Virus record (IMG/VR): IMGVR_UViG_3300025684_000010
Origin: a virus
Strand: one strand, 5' to 3'
DNA length: 64,000 nucleotides
Part shown: in pieces, positions 27,209 to 36,300 of the stretch
Layout: each line of letters starts with the position of its first letter
Numbering within the stretch: the stretch's first letter is position 1
Translations under genes and position numbers: made by a program
Notes under the pieces: generated by a model
What the model saw: the letters and a program-made list of their open reading frames with translations, nothing else
Databases searched by the model: none
What the model was told of the DNA's origin: nothing

Positions 27209-27912
27209 AAGAAGTATTTGTATTTGACGTAGACGGAACATTAACAGATTCTCGCCAGCCAATGAATCCAGAGTTCAAAGAGTTTATGTTGAAATTCATG
27301 GAGAACAAAGATGTATTCCTCGTTACAGGATCCGATCGTCTCAAGACCTATGAACAATTAGGATTTGAATTTTACGAGGCCTGTAAAGGTGTATGGCAAT
27401 GCAACGGTAACGAATTTTGGGAAGGATCGCAACGTGGTCCAAAGAATGACTTTGTAGTTGACTACGAGTTCAAAAAGTTTCTTACGAATCACGTTAACTC
27501 AAGTAGATATCCAATTAAGACAGGATCTCATATTGAGGAAAGAACTGGCATGTTAAACTTTTCTACAATAGGACGCGGTGCAACTTTACAGCAGAGAGAA
27601 GAGTATTACAAGTGGGATCTAAAATACCACGAACGTATATTACTTTGCGAACAGATCAACCACGAATACCCAAAGCTATTAGCTTCAGTAGGTGGGCAGA
27701 TTAGTATTGATATCGCACCGAGATCAAATAATAAGTCTCAAATCGCAGATATCCTAAATAAACAATACGACCATATTCATTTCTACGGAGATAAGATGGA
27801 GTATGGTGGCAACGATTACCCTCTTGCTACAACAATAACAATTGGTAATATGGGAACAGCATACCCAGTTGAAAATTACAAACAAACCTGGGAGGTTTTA
27901 AAACAACTATGA
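27205..27912 (+). CDS. HAD-IIB phosphomannomutase-like enzyme
   Basis: FDVDGTLT, VTGSD, GMLNFS, GGQISIDI, GDKMEYGGNDY (PMM2-type motifs). Confidence 0.8.
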   Translation: MKEVFVFDVDGTLTDSRQPMNPEFKEFMLKFMENKDVFLVTGSDRLKTYEQLGFEFYEACKGVWQCNGNEFWEGSQRGPKNDFVVDYEFKKFLTNHVNSSRYPIKTGSHIEERTGMLNFSTIGRGATLQQREEYYKWDLKYHERILLCEQINHEYPKLLASVGGQISIDIAPRSNNKSQIADILNKQYDHIHFYGDKMEYGGNDYPLATTITIGNMGTAYPVENYKQTWEVLKQL

Positions 27913-28097
27913 AAAAGAGATATACATATACACACGAAACAGACGCCGATAGAACATTAGAAGTAGTCGGCCGACCACTAGTAGCAGCAGCCGGCGAATT
28001 TGACGACCCTGATAGAACATACGTTATGAGAATTGACGACTATGTTATTGATTTTCCAACTGCTAATATTTTAACGGAAACGGTAATCCCTGAATAA
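27909..28097 (+). CDS. Hypothetical protein
   Basis: Coupled ORF. Confidence 0.5.
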   Translation: MKKRYTYTHETDADRTLEVVGRPLVAAAGEFDDPDRTYVMRIDDYVIDFPTANILTETVIPE

Positions 28098-28098
28098 T

Positions 28099-28395
28099 AT
28101 GATACGAAGTGAAAGGGGTGAAAAGAAATTAGATTGGTATGTTAAGTGGGCAGCATCTGTCCTTGTACTATCAGCAATCATATTCCGTTCTGCGGGTGGA
28201 GAGTACCATTTACTTGATTTATATTTTAGTGCAATCGGCCTTGCATTGTGGTTATGGGTATCTTTGTTGTGGGAAGACCGTGCATTGATACTATTAAATG
28301 GAGTGGGATTTACAACGCTGTGTATTGGTATTGTTAAATTACATGGAAGTTATTGGATGGCTTATTGGTCATCTATATTTTCATCTATATTTTAA
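28099..28395 (+). CDS. Three-TM membrane protein
   Basis: Hydrophobic; shares the YVKW.A motif with the 26813 ORF. Confidence 0.6.
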   Translation: MIRSERGEKKLDWYVKWAASVLVLSAIIFRSAGGEYHLLDLYFSAIGLALWLWVSLLWEDRALILLNGVGFTTLCIGIVKLHGSYWMAYWSSIFSSIF

Positions 28396-28400
28396 GGCAA

Positions 28401-28477
28401 GCGGCTGTAGTTCAGCTGGATAGAATATCGGTCTACGAAACCGAAGGTCATAGGTTCGACTCCTATCAGCCGCGCCA
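28401..28477 (+). tRNA. tRNA-Arg(ACG)
   Basis: Acceptor GCGGCTG/CAGCCGC, anticodon TCGGT-CT ACG AA-ACCGA, GTTCGACTC, encoded CCA. Confidence 0.95.
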
Positions 28478-28493
28478 CTGTGAAAGAAAACTA

Positions 28494-28522
28494 TTGACAA
28501 GTGATAAGAAGTTTGTTATAAT
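28494..28522 (+). promoter_or_regulatory. Sigma70-consensus early promoter
   Basis: TTGACA-N17-TATAAT. Confidence 0.8.
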
Positions 28523-28555
28523 AGACAATTGAAACCCAAATTAGGAATATATATT

Positions 28556-28822
28556 ATGGAAGTATCTGAAAAAGCAACATTACTTAACGCACTTAAAGAA
28601 GGTGTAGTTACAGTAACATTTAAAAAGATTGGTACGGATGAGATTCGTATTATGCCTTGTACTATCAATGAGCAAACGTTGGCTGATGCAGGTGTTAAAC
28701 CAATGGTGAAAGATATTGATTTAGACACAGAACACTTCGCGGCTTGGGCAATTGATAAAGAAGCTTGGAGAAGTTTTCGTTTAGACACTGTAGTTAGCTG
28801 GGCAGTAGGCAATGTAGCATGA
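28556..28822 (+). CDS. WYL_2/DUF2693-like small beta-barrel protein
   Basis: LKEGVVTVTFKK...R.M.CT...WRSFRLD. Confidence 0.65.
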   Translation: MEVSEKATLLNALKEGVVTVTFKKIGTDEIRIMPCTINEQTLADAGVKPMVKDIDLDTEHFAAWAIDKEAWRSFRLDTVVSWAVGNVA

Positions 28823-28888
28823 AGCTTAGAATAAAGTTAAGAAAGTATCTATGTCCTGAATCACTCAAAGGAACGAAGGTAAATTTAT

Positions 28889-29774
28889 ATGCCTAAATGG
28901 CCAGAAAGCAAACCTCACCACGACGGTGAGAGAAAAGAATTTAACTTTGATAACGGATATACAATTTCGTTAGTCAAGTTTACAGGTTCTTACGGATACA
29001 AAAAAGGTCTGTGGGAATTGGCGATCATAAATCAGGATGGTGATTTTACAGACACCACTGATTATGGTTTATTAACAATCTTGGAAGATTATTCACCTAA
29101 GAAGGGAGACCCAGGAGTCTATGGATTTCTTAGAGATCCTGACGCCGATAGAATCATCCAATACGTGGGGAAAATGAAATATGCCGGTTAAATTTAAAGA
29201 AAATCAAGTAGTCATAGATAAGGCTACTGGTAAGAAACATGTTCAAAGGTTTCATATGAACGCAACTGCGTTAAAGGAATTACTTGATACATTTACGAGG
29301 GGTAGTACAACTCCTAAACTTAGAGCAAAGATACGTAACGAATTGGTTCGAAGAAACGTTGAAATTCCTACATTGGAATCCTAATGAATCGACTTGATAA
29401 GTTCTTAGACGATCTTGCCTATTATTCAATACAGAGTATACTTTGGGTTGGAATAGCGTTCTGGGTTGTTGTATTAGGCATTGTATTTTATAATGCTTTA
29501 AACGAGGATCCGGTGATTGGAACAACTGATCATGGAATCATTATTCGCGAAAGCGATTTGGAGAAAGAAGATGAATAGAGCAGCAAGTGTTAGAAAGGTA
29601 CCTTGTTCAGGAGTTACAAATGAAAGTAGCGGTCCTGATACAATGTACATAGTTGACCTAATTGAAAATGGGCAGGTTGTAGAATCAAGAAAACTTCCTG
29701 GTAAAAGTATGTCGTATGTAAATGACGTCTGTGAAAATTGGAATAACGGTATCATTCAGCTCCTAGTTGATTAA
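28889..29774 (+). other. Run of four small hypothetical ORFs (28889-29191, 29181-29384, 29384-29578, 29571-29774)
   Basis: Tightly coupled ORFs; no recognisable catalytic motifs. Confidence 0.55.
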
Positions 29775-29807
29775 TAAATAGTTAATTATACTAAGGCGAG
29801 AATATAA

Positions 29808-30368
29808 ATGGGTAGAATAAAATCATCAGGCTCAATTTCGATTAATGATATTCGTAATGAATTTGGTGCAACGGGTGAGCCTGATTTGGCTGAATACCGT
29901 AGAGGTGGAGTAAACGCAACGAGAGTTCATAGTTATGGTTCTGGCCATAACACTAACATTGGTACTAGTCAGGTTAGTCTTTCTCAATTTTATAACGCGC
30001 ATAGAGGTTGGCATCTAACATGCGGGGCTAGTAGTAATGGCAGCTTTGAATGGCGAGGATACTCGAACGGCCAAAATATAGCCGCGATTGGAAGTATTAA
30101 CCCAACAAATTATCGTGGCGCTACTCTTAGAGCAATGTACAGAACCCAATTCACCTTTAAAGGTAATACCACCCGTCAACAGATTATCATATTATCTGGC
30201 TACCGCGCAAGAAATTGGTTTAATCGCTATGTAGACCCAAATGGTACTTATTATACAGCCTCCGCTACTTGGTCGCCTAACAGTACAAATACAATTTGGT
30301 CTTGGGATGTTCCCAATTGGGGCTCATATGCTAATGGTGCAGTACTTTCACCAGAAACTCCACAATAG
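29808..30368 (+). CDS. Putative tail-fibre/adhesin-associated virion protein
   Basis: N-terminal SSGSISINDIRNEFG...LAEYRRGG...SLSQFY module typical of phage fibre-tip proteins; Gly/Trp/Asn-rich C-terminus; AATAAATA upstream. Confidence 0.5.
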   Translation: MGRIKSSGSISINDIRNEFGATGEPDLAEYRRGGVNATRVHSYGSGHNTNIGTSQVSLSQFYNAHRGWHLTCGASSNGSFEWRGYSNGQNIAAIGSINPTNYRGATLRAMYRTQFTFKGNTTRQQIIILSGYRARNWFNRYVDPNGTYYTASATWSPNSTNTIWSWDVPNWGSYANGAVLSPETPQ

Positions 30369-30377
30369 GTTTATATA

Positions 30378-31124
30378 ATGGCAATAAGATTTGATTTAAT
30401 AACTGAAATTGACGATACAGAATTCTCACGAATGTTTGATGATTGTGTTGACGCATTAAATGGTGGTTCCTATCCTTGGGAAATGACACCAGTAGCATCA
30501 GGAACAAACGAAGAGAAAAAGGCATACCAAAAAACATGTTTCCAAGAGTTTATTAATGCAGACGATGGAGTTGTATTTGTATGTTCTGAAGATGGGTATG
30601 CTCTAACAATAAGTGCAGGTAATGTCGTCAACGAAACTCACTTCCTTGGTACAATGGTATTAATTGGTCGTAATCAAGCAGGTAGCAAATCATATATGCA
30701 TGCTGAAGAATATCACCAAGCAAGAGAAGCGTTTTGGGATGAAGTAAATTTTGTTACCTGGGACTTTCAAACAATGGGACCAGGCACATCATTCTTTGAT
30801 CATATATCAAAAGTATATACCGAAACCGTAACAAACAATCCAGAATGGATTCAAAATGCTCGAAGTAACCGCCTAGTAGAAGGTGATATGGCAGGAGAAC
30901 TTGTCGCCACCTCGGTTGGGTTGTCAGGCGTTCCAAATGCAAATACGGAAATTAAGCAACTTCAAGAAATCTTCGAAAACGAACTCGGTAACTCTGGTCT
31001 TAAAATGACAGCAGGAGTAGTTTTCCCAGTCGTGACTGAAGGAGAGTTTGAAGATGAAGAAGACGAAGAAAGATTACAATGGGCAGCAGGTACGCACCCA
31101 GACCAACAACAAACAGAAGAATAG
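30378..31124 (+). CDS. Hypothetical acidic protein
   Basis: ORF track. Confidence 0.6.
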   Translation: MAIRFDLITEIDDTEFSRMFDDCVDALNGGSYPWEMTPVASGTNEEKKAYQKTCFQEFINADDGVVFVCSEDGYALTISAGNVVNETHFLGTMVLIGRNQAGSKSYMHAEEYHQAREAFWDEVNFVTWDFQTMGPGTSFFDHISKVYTETVTNNPEWIQNARSNRLVEGDMAGELVATSVGLSGVPNANTEIKQLQEIFENELGNSGLKMTAGVVFPVVTEGEFEDEEDEERLQWAAGTHPDQQQTEE

Positions 31125-31133
31125 GAATATATT

Positions 31134-31397
31134 ATGGTAGACTACAAAGGAAGTAACGTTGAGACACTAACTCATTCAAAAAAGTTTATGTTAGACAGAG
31201 CAAACAAACCCTACACTGCATTGAACGACGGACCATTCAGAACGTCACTAGATAAAATGGATGGAGTATTTCGCAAGGAAGTTATTTCCTATCGAGTACA
31301 CAATGGATTCCTATATAAAGAAACAGCCGTTCGGCATTTCAGTGATGGTGATTATAACGATACCGTCACAACTGAAACTCTACACTCCGTAGAGTAA
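31134..31397 (+). CDS. Hypothetical protein
   Basis: ORF with AGGA RBS. Confidence 0.6.
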   Translation: MVDYKGSNVETLTHSKKFMLDRANKPYTALNDGPFRTSLDKMDGVFRKEVISYRVHNGFLYKETAVRHFSDGDYNDTVTTETLHSVE

Positions 31398-31483
31398 TAA
31401 AGAATTTGGTCGGAAACGACCAATATGCGATTGCCAATGATGGTGATCTAATTTACTATGTTAATAATAAGGAGAATTATATT

Positions 31484-32107
31484 ATGAAAAACATATTCGC
31501 AGCATTTCTATTAATGCTATCAACAACTGCATTCGCAGACCTCAGTGGTTCAGCCACTATCACAAACGATTACGTATGGAGAGGAATGACTCAAGGCGCA
31601 GAGAATGCACTTCAAGTCGGAATCGACTACAACGACGACAAAGGATTTTATATTGGTGCATGGACATCAGATGTAGATTTCGGTGGAGAAGTTGACCGTG
31701 AAGTGGATCTATATGCAGGGTGGAGTGGAGCTCTTGTAGACGGAGTACTTGATGTAACTGTTGGTTATATTAAATACGACTATCAAGGTGATGCTTTTGA
31801 TTTCGAAGAGTATTTGGTTGGATTTAGTAGTAATGGTTTCACAGTAAACTATTATGATACACTTGATTCAGATGTATACACAATCGAAGCAATCTACGCA
31901 GTACCATTTATTACTGTTGTAGACGTTGAACTAATTGGCTATGAGATTGGTGGAGAAGGTACGGAAGTATTCGGAAAATTCCAAGACTCAGTTGGTCTTA
32001 GATTAACAAAGGAACTAAATGATAAGTTCTCTGTAGGTTTTTATGTTGGCCAAGATTTAGTGGCTGACAGTAATTACTATGCCTTTAGCGTAAGCGCAAG
32101 TCTGTAA
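31484..32107 (+). CDS. Outer-membrane beta-barrel, TorF/Gcw_chp-like putative porin
   Basis: Signal peptide ending TAFA; NDYVWRGMTQ, ALQVGIDY, GFYIGAWTSDVDF, EVDLYAGW. Start moved to the GGAG-preceded ATG. Confidence 0.8.
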   Translation: MKNIFAAFLLMLSTTAFADLSGSATITNDYVWRGMTQGAENALQVGIDYNDDKGFYIGAWTSDVDFGGEVDREVDLYAGWSGALVDGVLDVTVGYIKYDYQGDAFDFEEYLVGFSSNGFTVNYYDTLDSDVYTIEAIYAVPFITVVDVELIGYEIGGEGTEVFGKFQDSVGLRLTKELNDKFSVGFYVGQDLVADSNYYAFSVSASL

Positions 32108-32124
32108 TTATAACCAAACAAATC

Positions 32125-32148
32125 GGGGACCGAAAGGTCCCCTTTTTT
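32125..32148. terminator. Rho-independent terminator between convergent genes
   Basis: GGGGACC-GAAA-GGTCCCC followed by T6. Confidence 0.9.
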
Positions 32149-32155
32149 GTCTCTT

Positions 32156-32476
32156 TTATTTCTTGGAGTAAGCCTGTGCACCAAAGAAGGCAGCAACAAT
32201 ACCAGCAACAGCAACAAAGTAAGTAGGAGCCATTGAACCCAAAGTCTTTTGAGCTTCATCAAGTCCAACCAACGACGCAAGTACTACTGCAAACGGATAT
32301 AACAATAATCCACCTAAAGCAAACCATGTCATTTTACGTTGTGCATCTCGCATAGCATCTGCATCATCGAGTTCTTTTCGTTTAAACTCTAAGTACATTG
32401 CTTGTTCTTCTTTAGATACCTTACCGTCTCCGTTAGTATCAGCAGGATGATGGATCTTTTCTAATTCGTCACTCAT
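32156..32476 (-). CDS. Membrane protein with an EF-hand-like loop (holin-like topology possible)
   Basis: DTNGDGKVSKEE followed by two hydrophobic helices. Start moved to MSDELEK. Confidence 0.6.
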   Translation of the reverse strand: MSDELEKIHHPADTNGDGKVSKEEQAMYLEFKRKELDDADAMRDAQRKMTWFALGGLLLYPFAVVLASLVGLDEAQKTLGSMAPTYFVAVAGIVAAFFGAQAYSKK

Positions 32477-32631
32477 TAGTCTTCCTTCTTCCATATAGTC
32501 CATGCACCGTATGCAATAAGACCCCAACCAATTAAACTCGTTGGTATTAATATCATAACAATACCACCGCCAATAGCTACCACTCCATCTAATGAAGTTC
32601 TTTCCTTCAATCTATCTTTAATAAAATCCAC
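32476..32631 (-). CDS. 51-aa membrane peptide (RLKERTSLDG motif)
   Basis: Manual translation from GTG after GGAGG RBS. Confidence 0.6.
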   Translation of the reverse strand: MDFIKDRLKERTSLDGVVAIGGGIVMILIPTSLIGWGLIAYGAWTIWKKED

Positions 32632-32655
32632 TTGATCACCTCCTTTTCTTTTTGT

Positions 32656-32982
32656 TTATAATTCTTTTTTGAAACCGACAGAAACACCACAACCGCATTG
32701 AGTTTCCTCTAATGGATTAATAATTTTAAACTGTTCGGTTAAACCAACCTTTATAAAATCTAATGTGGCATTTTTAAAGTAAGGTTGACTTTCCTTATCT
32801 ATTACAATACTGAAATTAGAAAATTCTTTTATATAATCTTCGACAGTAACTGTATCGTCCCAATCAAAAGTATACTCATAACCGTTACAGCCACTAGGCT
32901 TAACACCAATTCGTATAAGTGTTTCGCCATCTGCCTCTGCTTTCTTAGTCGCTTGAGATATTGCTGCATCAGTTAAGTTCAC
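32656..32982 (-). CDS. HesB/IscA-type Fe-S cluster carrier
   Basis: GCNGYEY and CGCGVS motifs. Confidence 0.88.
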   Translation of the reverse strand: MNLTDAAISQATKKAEADGETLIRIGVKPSGCNGYEYTFDWDDTVTVEDYIKEFSNFSIVIDKESQPYFKNATLDFIKVGLTEQFKIINPLEETQCGCGVSVGFKKEL

Positions 32983-33350
32983 TTCCGTTTCTTTTCAATT
33001 TTATCAAGTCTTTCATTGATACCATTGATTAATTCCTTAAGTTCAGTAGCACCACCTTCCGCAACTGGAGCATGAGCAATTGATTCTAGAAATGTGATTC
33101 TTGTTTCTAAACTATCAATCTTAGCAACAACCTTAGGGTATTTCTTTCTCCATAGATCTGGGTCAGTTTGTAACCATGTCCATCCCCAGCGAATTGCTAA
33201 CATCTCTAAAAAAGAATCAAACTTGGCAACTCCCCATTGAGCAGCTCTTGTATCTTTGAACCAGAATAGAAACGCAGCACCAGTTATTGACCCAAGGATT
33301 GCTGTATAGATCCATAGCGTATCGTCCGTTAGTCTCTCTAATATGTCCAT
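32979..33350 (-). CDS. Hypothetical membrane-anchored protein
   Basis: N-terminal TM helix plus coiled coil. Confidence 0.55.
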   Translation of the reverse strand: MDILERLTDDTLWIYTAILGSITGAAFLFWFKDTRAAQWGVAKFDSFLEMLAIRWGWTWLQTDPDLWRKKYPKVVAKIDSLETRITFLESIAHAPVAEGGATELKELINGINERLDKIEKKRK

Positions 33351-34099
33351 TAGTTTTCCTTAGTATATTTTGTATAGTTATCCATTGAGTGGTCAGTAAG
33401 GCCGTCAAAAGGCTTTAGTTTAATCCACGAAGTAACGATACCTCTTAATTTGTCTTTCAGTTTTCTCCACCAAGCAAGGTTCTTAATAATACCATTATAA
33501 TTAAAATACATAACTTGCCCATGATGGCGGTATCCCATAAACCAAGGTGGTATAACAGTTACGAGGTCATTGTTATTTACAAAACGATAATGTTCAAGAT
33601 CAGCGCATTCTTTTACAAATTTTCCGTTACCGACTCTTGGTGATCCAAAAGTATATAGAACGGGTTTGTATTCCATTAATCGAGACCCAGCAATTGTTGC
33701 CATGGCTCCACCTAATGAATGTCCACATATACTTAATCTTTTGGTTTTGAGTTGTTTACCGATTACCTTTAATACGTCTTCCCAGATATCATCGATTTCT
33801 GTTTGGAATCCATTATGTACCCAACCACCAACCTGCGCTTTATCAGGCCAGATGTTAAGGTCTGCTTTGAGATCGTTGATTTCTGTTGGTTCGGTTCCTC
33901 TACAGCATAAAACAAATTCTTCTTTGTTCCATACACAATGAGCTTGTGCACCGTCGTGGTCAATAAAGATATGACCAGTATATCCAAGAGCTTTAAAATC
34001 TCTTTTTGCTATAGGTCCGTCTTCGTAGGCAATCTTTGCCATTTCTGCTTTAAGAATGGCTTCACTTTTTACATCACAAAATTGTACTTCTTTTTTCAT
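33350..34099 (-). CDS. Class 3 lipase (alpha/beta hydrolase)
   Basis: CRGTE, VHNGF, GHSLGG nucleophile elbow, FGSPRVG, NDLV, HSM. Confidence 0.9.
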   Translation of the reverse strand: MKKEVQFCDVKSEAILKAEMAKIAYEDGPIAKRDFKALGYTGHIFIDHDGAQAHCVWNKEEFVLCCRGTEPTEINDLKADLNIWPDKAQVGGWVHNGFQTEIDDIWEDVLKVIGKQLKTKRLSICGHSLGGAMATIAGSRLMEYKPVLYTFGSPRVGNGKFVKECADLEHYRFVNNNDLVTVIPPWFMGYRHHGQVMYFNYNGIIKNLAWWRKLKDKLRGIVTSWIKLKPFDGLTDHSMDNYTKYTKEN

Positions 34100-34138
34100 A
34101 TGAGCTCCATGTGGATATATACAATTGAGTTATGCAAT

Positions 34139-34150
34139 TATTTATAAATA
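34139..34150. promoter_or_regulatory. Palindromic double gp55 late promoter TATTTATAAATA
   Basis: Perfect palindrome giving TATAAATA on both strands between divergent genes. Confidence 0.65.
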
Positions 34151-34197
34151 GTTTCGTATACTACTAACAGATTTATTATTTAAACAAAGGTGAAAGA

Positions 34198-34815
34198 ATG
34201 TCAAACAACTTAAAAGAACTAACCCGCGCTCATCATGATAACGCAGAAAGAACAGAATTTGCAGATTTGTTATTAAGCGGTGAGATTAGTCCTAAACTAT
34301 ACCAAGAATACCTGCATGCTCAACTGCAGAACTATAGAGCTTTAGAAGGTGCGGTTTCTGTACCTATGGAACTAGAGCCTATCTTTAGATCAACCGCAAT
34401 AGAAGAAGATCTCCAAGAAATCGAATCTCTATATGATTTAGAAGAAATCGAAGATGATCTTCAGTCAACCAGAGAATACGTTAAACACATTCATACTTTA
34501 TCAGAAGACGGAAATAACGATGGCCTGATTGCCCATTTATATGTTCGTCATTTCGGTGATGCACATGGTGGTCAAATTATTAAACGTAATGTTCCTGGGT
34601 CAGGTCTTATGTATGAATTTGAAGATCGTAGAGAACTCATTGCATTAACGAGAGAACTGTTACACGACGGTATGGAAGCAGAAGCAAAGAACTGCTTTGA
34701 ATACGCAGAGAGATTGTTCCACGAATTAATTGAAAGGTTCCATAACAATCCAGAAGAATACGAATCAGAGAATTACGCTTTGGCTCGAAAGATGGGTACC
34801 TTCGAGGAAGAGTAA
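34198..34815 (+). CDS. hemO: Heme oxygenase (HemO/Ho1-like)
   Basis: LKELTRAHHDNAE (proximal His), HLYVRHFGDAHGGQII. Confidence 0.88.
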   Translation: MSNNLKELTRAHHDNAERTEFADLLLSGEISPKLYQEYLHAQLQNYRALEGAVSVPMELEPIFRSTAIEEDLQEIESLYDLEEIEDDLQSTREYVKHIHTLSEDGNNDGLIAHLYVRHFGDAHGGQIIKRNVPGSGLMYEFEDRRELIALTRELLHDGMEAEAKNCFEYAERLFHELIERFHNNPEEYESENYALARKMGTFEEE

Positions 34816-35513
34816 TGATTGTTGATTCGGAACTATTCGACCAGTTAAGAAACCTTGCCGCAACGTTAATTAACGACTTTGACTCCTCAATGGATCGAGT
34901 TGAGAACAAAAACCATACGGCTGACCTTGAAGGCTGGAAAGATTACTTTTGGGAAAGCGATACGATTCGTAAAGCCCATCTTAAAACAATTGAACCTGTT
35001 GGAAAGAATAAGTTATGGTTAATGCATATCAATATCTTTCCAAGGGAACATGTTGATCTGCCTATCTTCGGATTAGATATTGTTGCGAATCCTAAAAAGA
35101 TTAGCGGTTGCTTTTGTGACTACTCTCCAATAGATGTTCTTCACAATGATAAACATCCGTATATGATTAAGTTTAGAACTGCGACCGAAGGCCTTGAATG
35201 GAAGAAAGAAAGAGTAATGCCAGATTGGGCGTTAGAGATCTTTTCGGAAAACATTGTAGGTGCTGGTGCAATTCGTTCTGGTGAAGAAACGGAACAACTT
35301 GTTAACATGGCTTTGGAACTATCAAGATTCTATACAATGGAGATGGACAATCCTCAATACACTAAGAGATGGATTAATACTCTTGAACGACAGAATAAGT
35401 ATTGTGAAAAACAAAAACTTAATAGAATGCTTCATAGTTCAATTTTGGCAATGGGAATAACCGAGGAACGTAAGAATCAATACGTAGAAAACGTACTCTT
35501 TCAGGAAGTCTAA
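34815..35513 (+). CDS. Ferredoxin-dependent bilin reductase (PcyA/PcyX-like)
   Basis: RKAHL...LWLMHINIFP...LPIFGLDIVA...DYSP, MPDWA.EIFS, QNKYC; coupled to heme oxygenase. Confidence 0.85.
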   Translation: MIVDSELFDQLRNLAATLINDFDSSMDRVENKNHTADLEGWKDYFWESDTIRKAHLKTIEPVGKNKLWLMHINIFPREHVDLPIFGLDIVANPKKISGCFCDYSPIDVLHNDKHPYMIKFRTATEGLEWKKERVMPDWALEIFSENIVGAGAIRSGEETEQLVNMALELSRFYTMEMDNPQYTKRWINTLERQNKYCEKQKLNRMLHSSILAMGITEERKNQYVENVLFQEV

Positions 35514-35651
35514 CCTATAACGAAATGTAATATAATCTATTACTAAATATAATATAAATTTATAGTGGTTTTTTCTTCAACTCTGTATATATATTTTCTG
35601 TTACAGACGGTAACATAAATTTGTTTAATATATACCTCAAGAAGGAGAGAA

Positions 35652-35801
35652 ATGACCACTTATGCATTGATTGCTGGTTACGAAAGATTAAAAGAAAATG
35701 AAAAAGTATGTAAATTTTGTGAGATCACAAAAGCCTTGTCGCTGATTACATTCCCCATCGTCCTACCGTTCTTCATCATTATAATGTCGACATATTCTTA
35801 A
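35652..35801 (+). CDS. 49-aa membrane peptide
   Basis: Manual translation MTTYALIAGYERLKENEKVCKFCEITK...; AAGGAG RBS. Confidence 0.55.
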   Translation: MTTYALIAGYERLKENEKVCKFCEITKALSLITFPIVLPFFIIIMSTYS

Positions 35802-35809
35802 TAAATAGA

Positions 35810-36013
35810 TTGACATCTGACTAAAAACTTGTTATAATAGATCTGTTCAACAATAAAAGGGAAACCTTTGTGTTGAGCGGATTTATTTACACAAAACAAA
35901 AATAACCATTGACATACACAGCAAACTGTTGTATAATAGTCTAACAAATCAAATACAACATTTTAAAAATTAACAAAAAAACTATTGACATATCCTGGCA
36001 ACTAGTATATAAT
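35810..36013 (+). promoter_or_regulatory. Three tandem sigma70 promoters (35810-35838, 35909-35937, 35985-36013)
   Basis: Each is TTGACA-N17-TATAAT; upstream of genes 33-59-32. Confidence 0.8.
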
Positions 36014-36024
36014 ATAAGGTATAC

Positions 36025-36300
36025 ATGACTAAAAAAGAAACTAAGGAAAAACTTGATATGTCCGTTGTTGCTTTAACACCAGATAAAATCCACCACGAAA
36101 TAAGTATACACATCTCGAATGGCGTACCATATATTGATGCGCTTGTTGATTACTCTGAGAAGAATGGTATTGAAATTGAGACTATCGCACAAATCGTAAA
36201 GAAGAGTTCGGTGTTGAAAGAAAAGATACGGACTGAGGCAGTTAGTTTAAGAATGGTGAAGAAAGAAGATGAACAAGATATCACAGACTTTAGTAAGTGA
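36025..36300 (+). CDS. 33: Late-promoter coactivator gp33
   Basis: YIDALVDYSEKNGIEIETIAQI...LKEKIRTEA; synteny with 59 and 32. Confidence 0.85.
   Translation: MTKKETKEKLDMSVVALTPDKIHHEISIHISNGVPYIDALVDYSEKNGIEIETIAQIVKKSSVLKEKIRTEAVSLRMVKKEDEQDITDFSK

Noticed and set aside
34198-35513. Calling the genome a cyanophage because of ho1/pcyA-like genes
   Set aside because: No psbA/psbD, hli, pet or cpeT genes in the window; ALAS and a TorF-like porin fit a proteobacterial host better. The host remains unproven.
35599-35615. Match to the GlnR/TnrA box TGTNA-N7-TNACA
   Set aside because: Those regulators belong to Firmicutes, whereas spanins and an OM porin imply a Gram-negative host; the second copy has different spacing.
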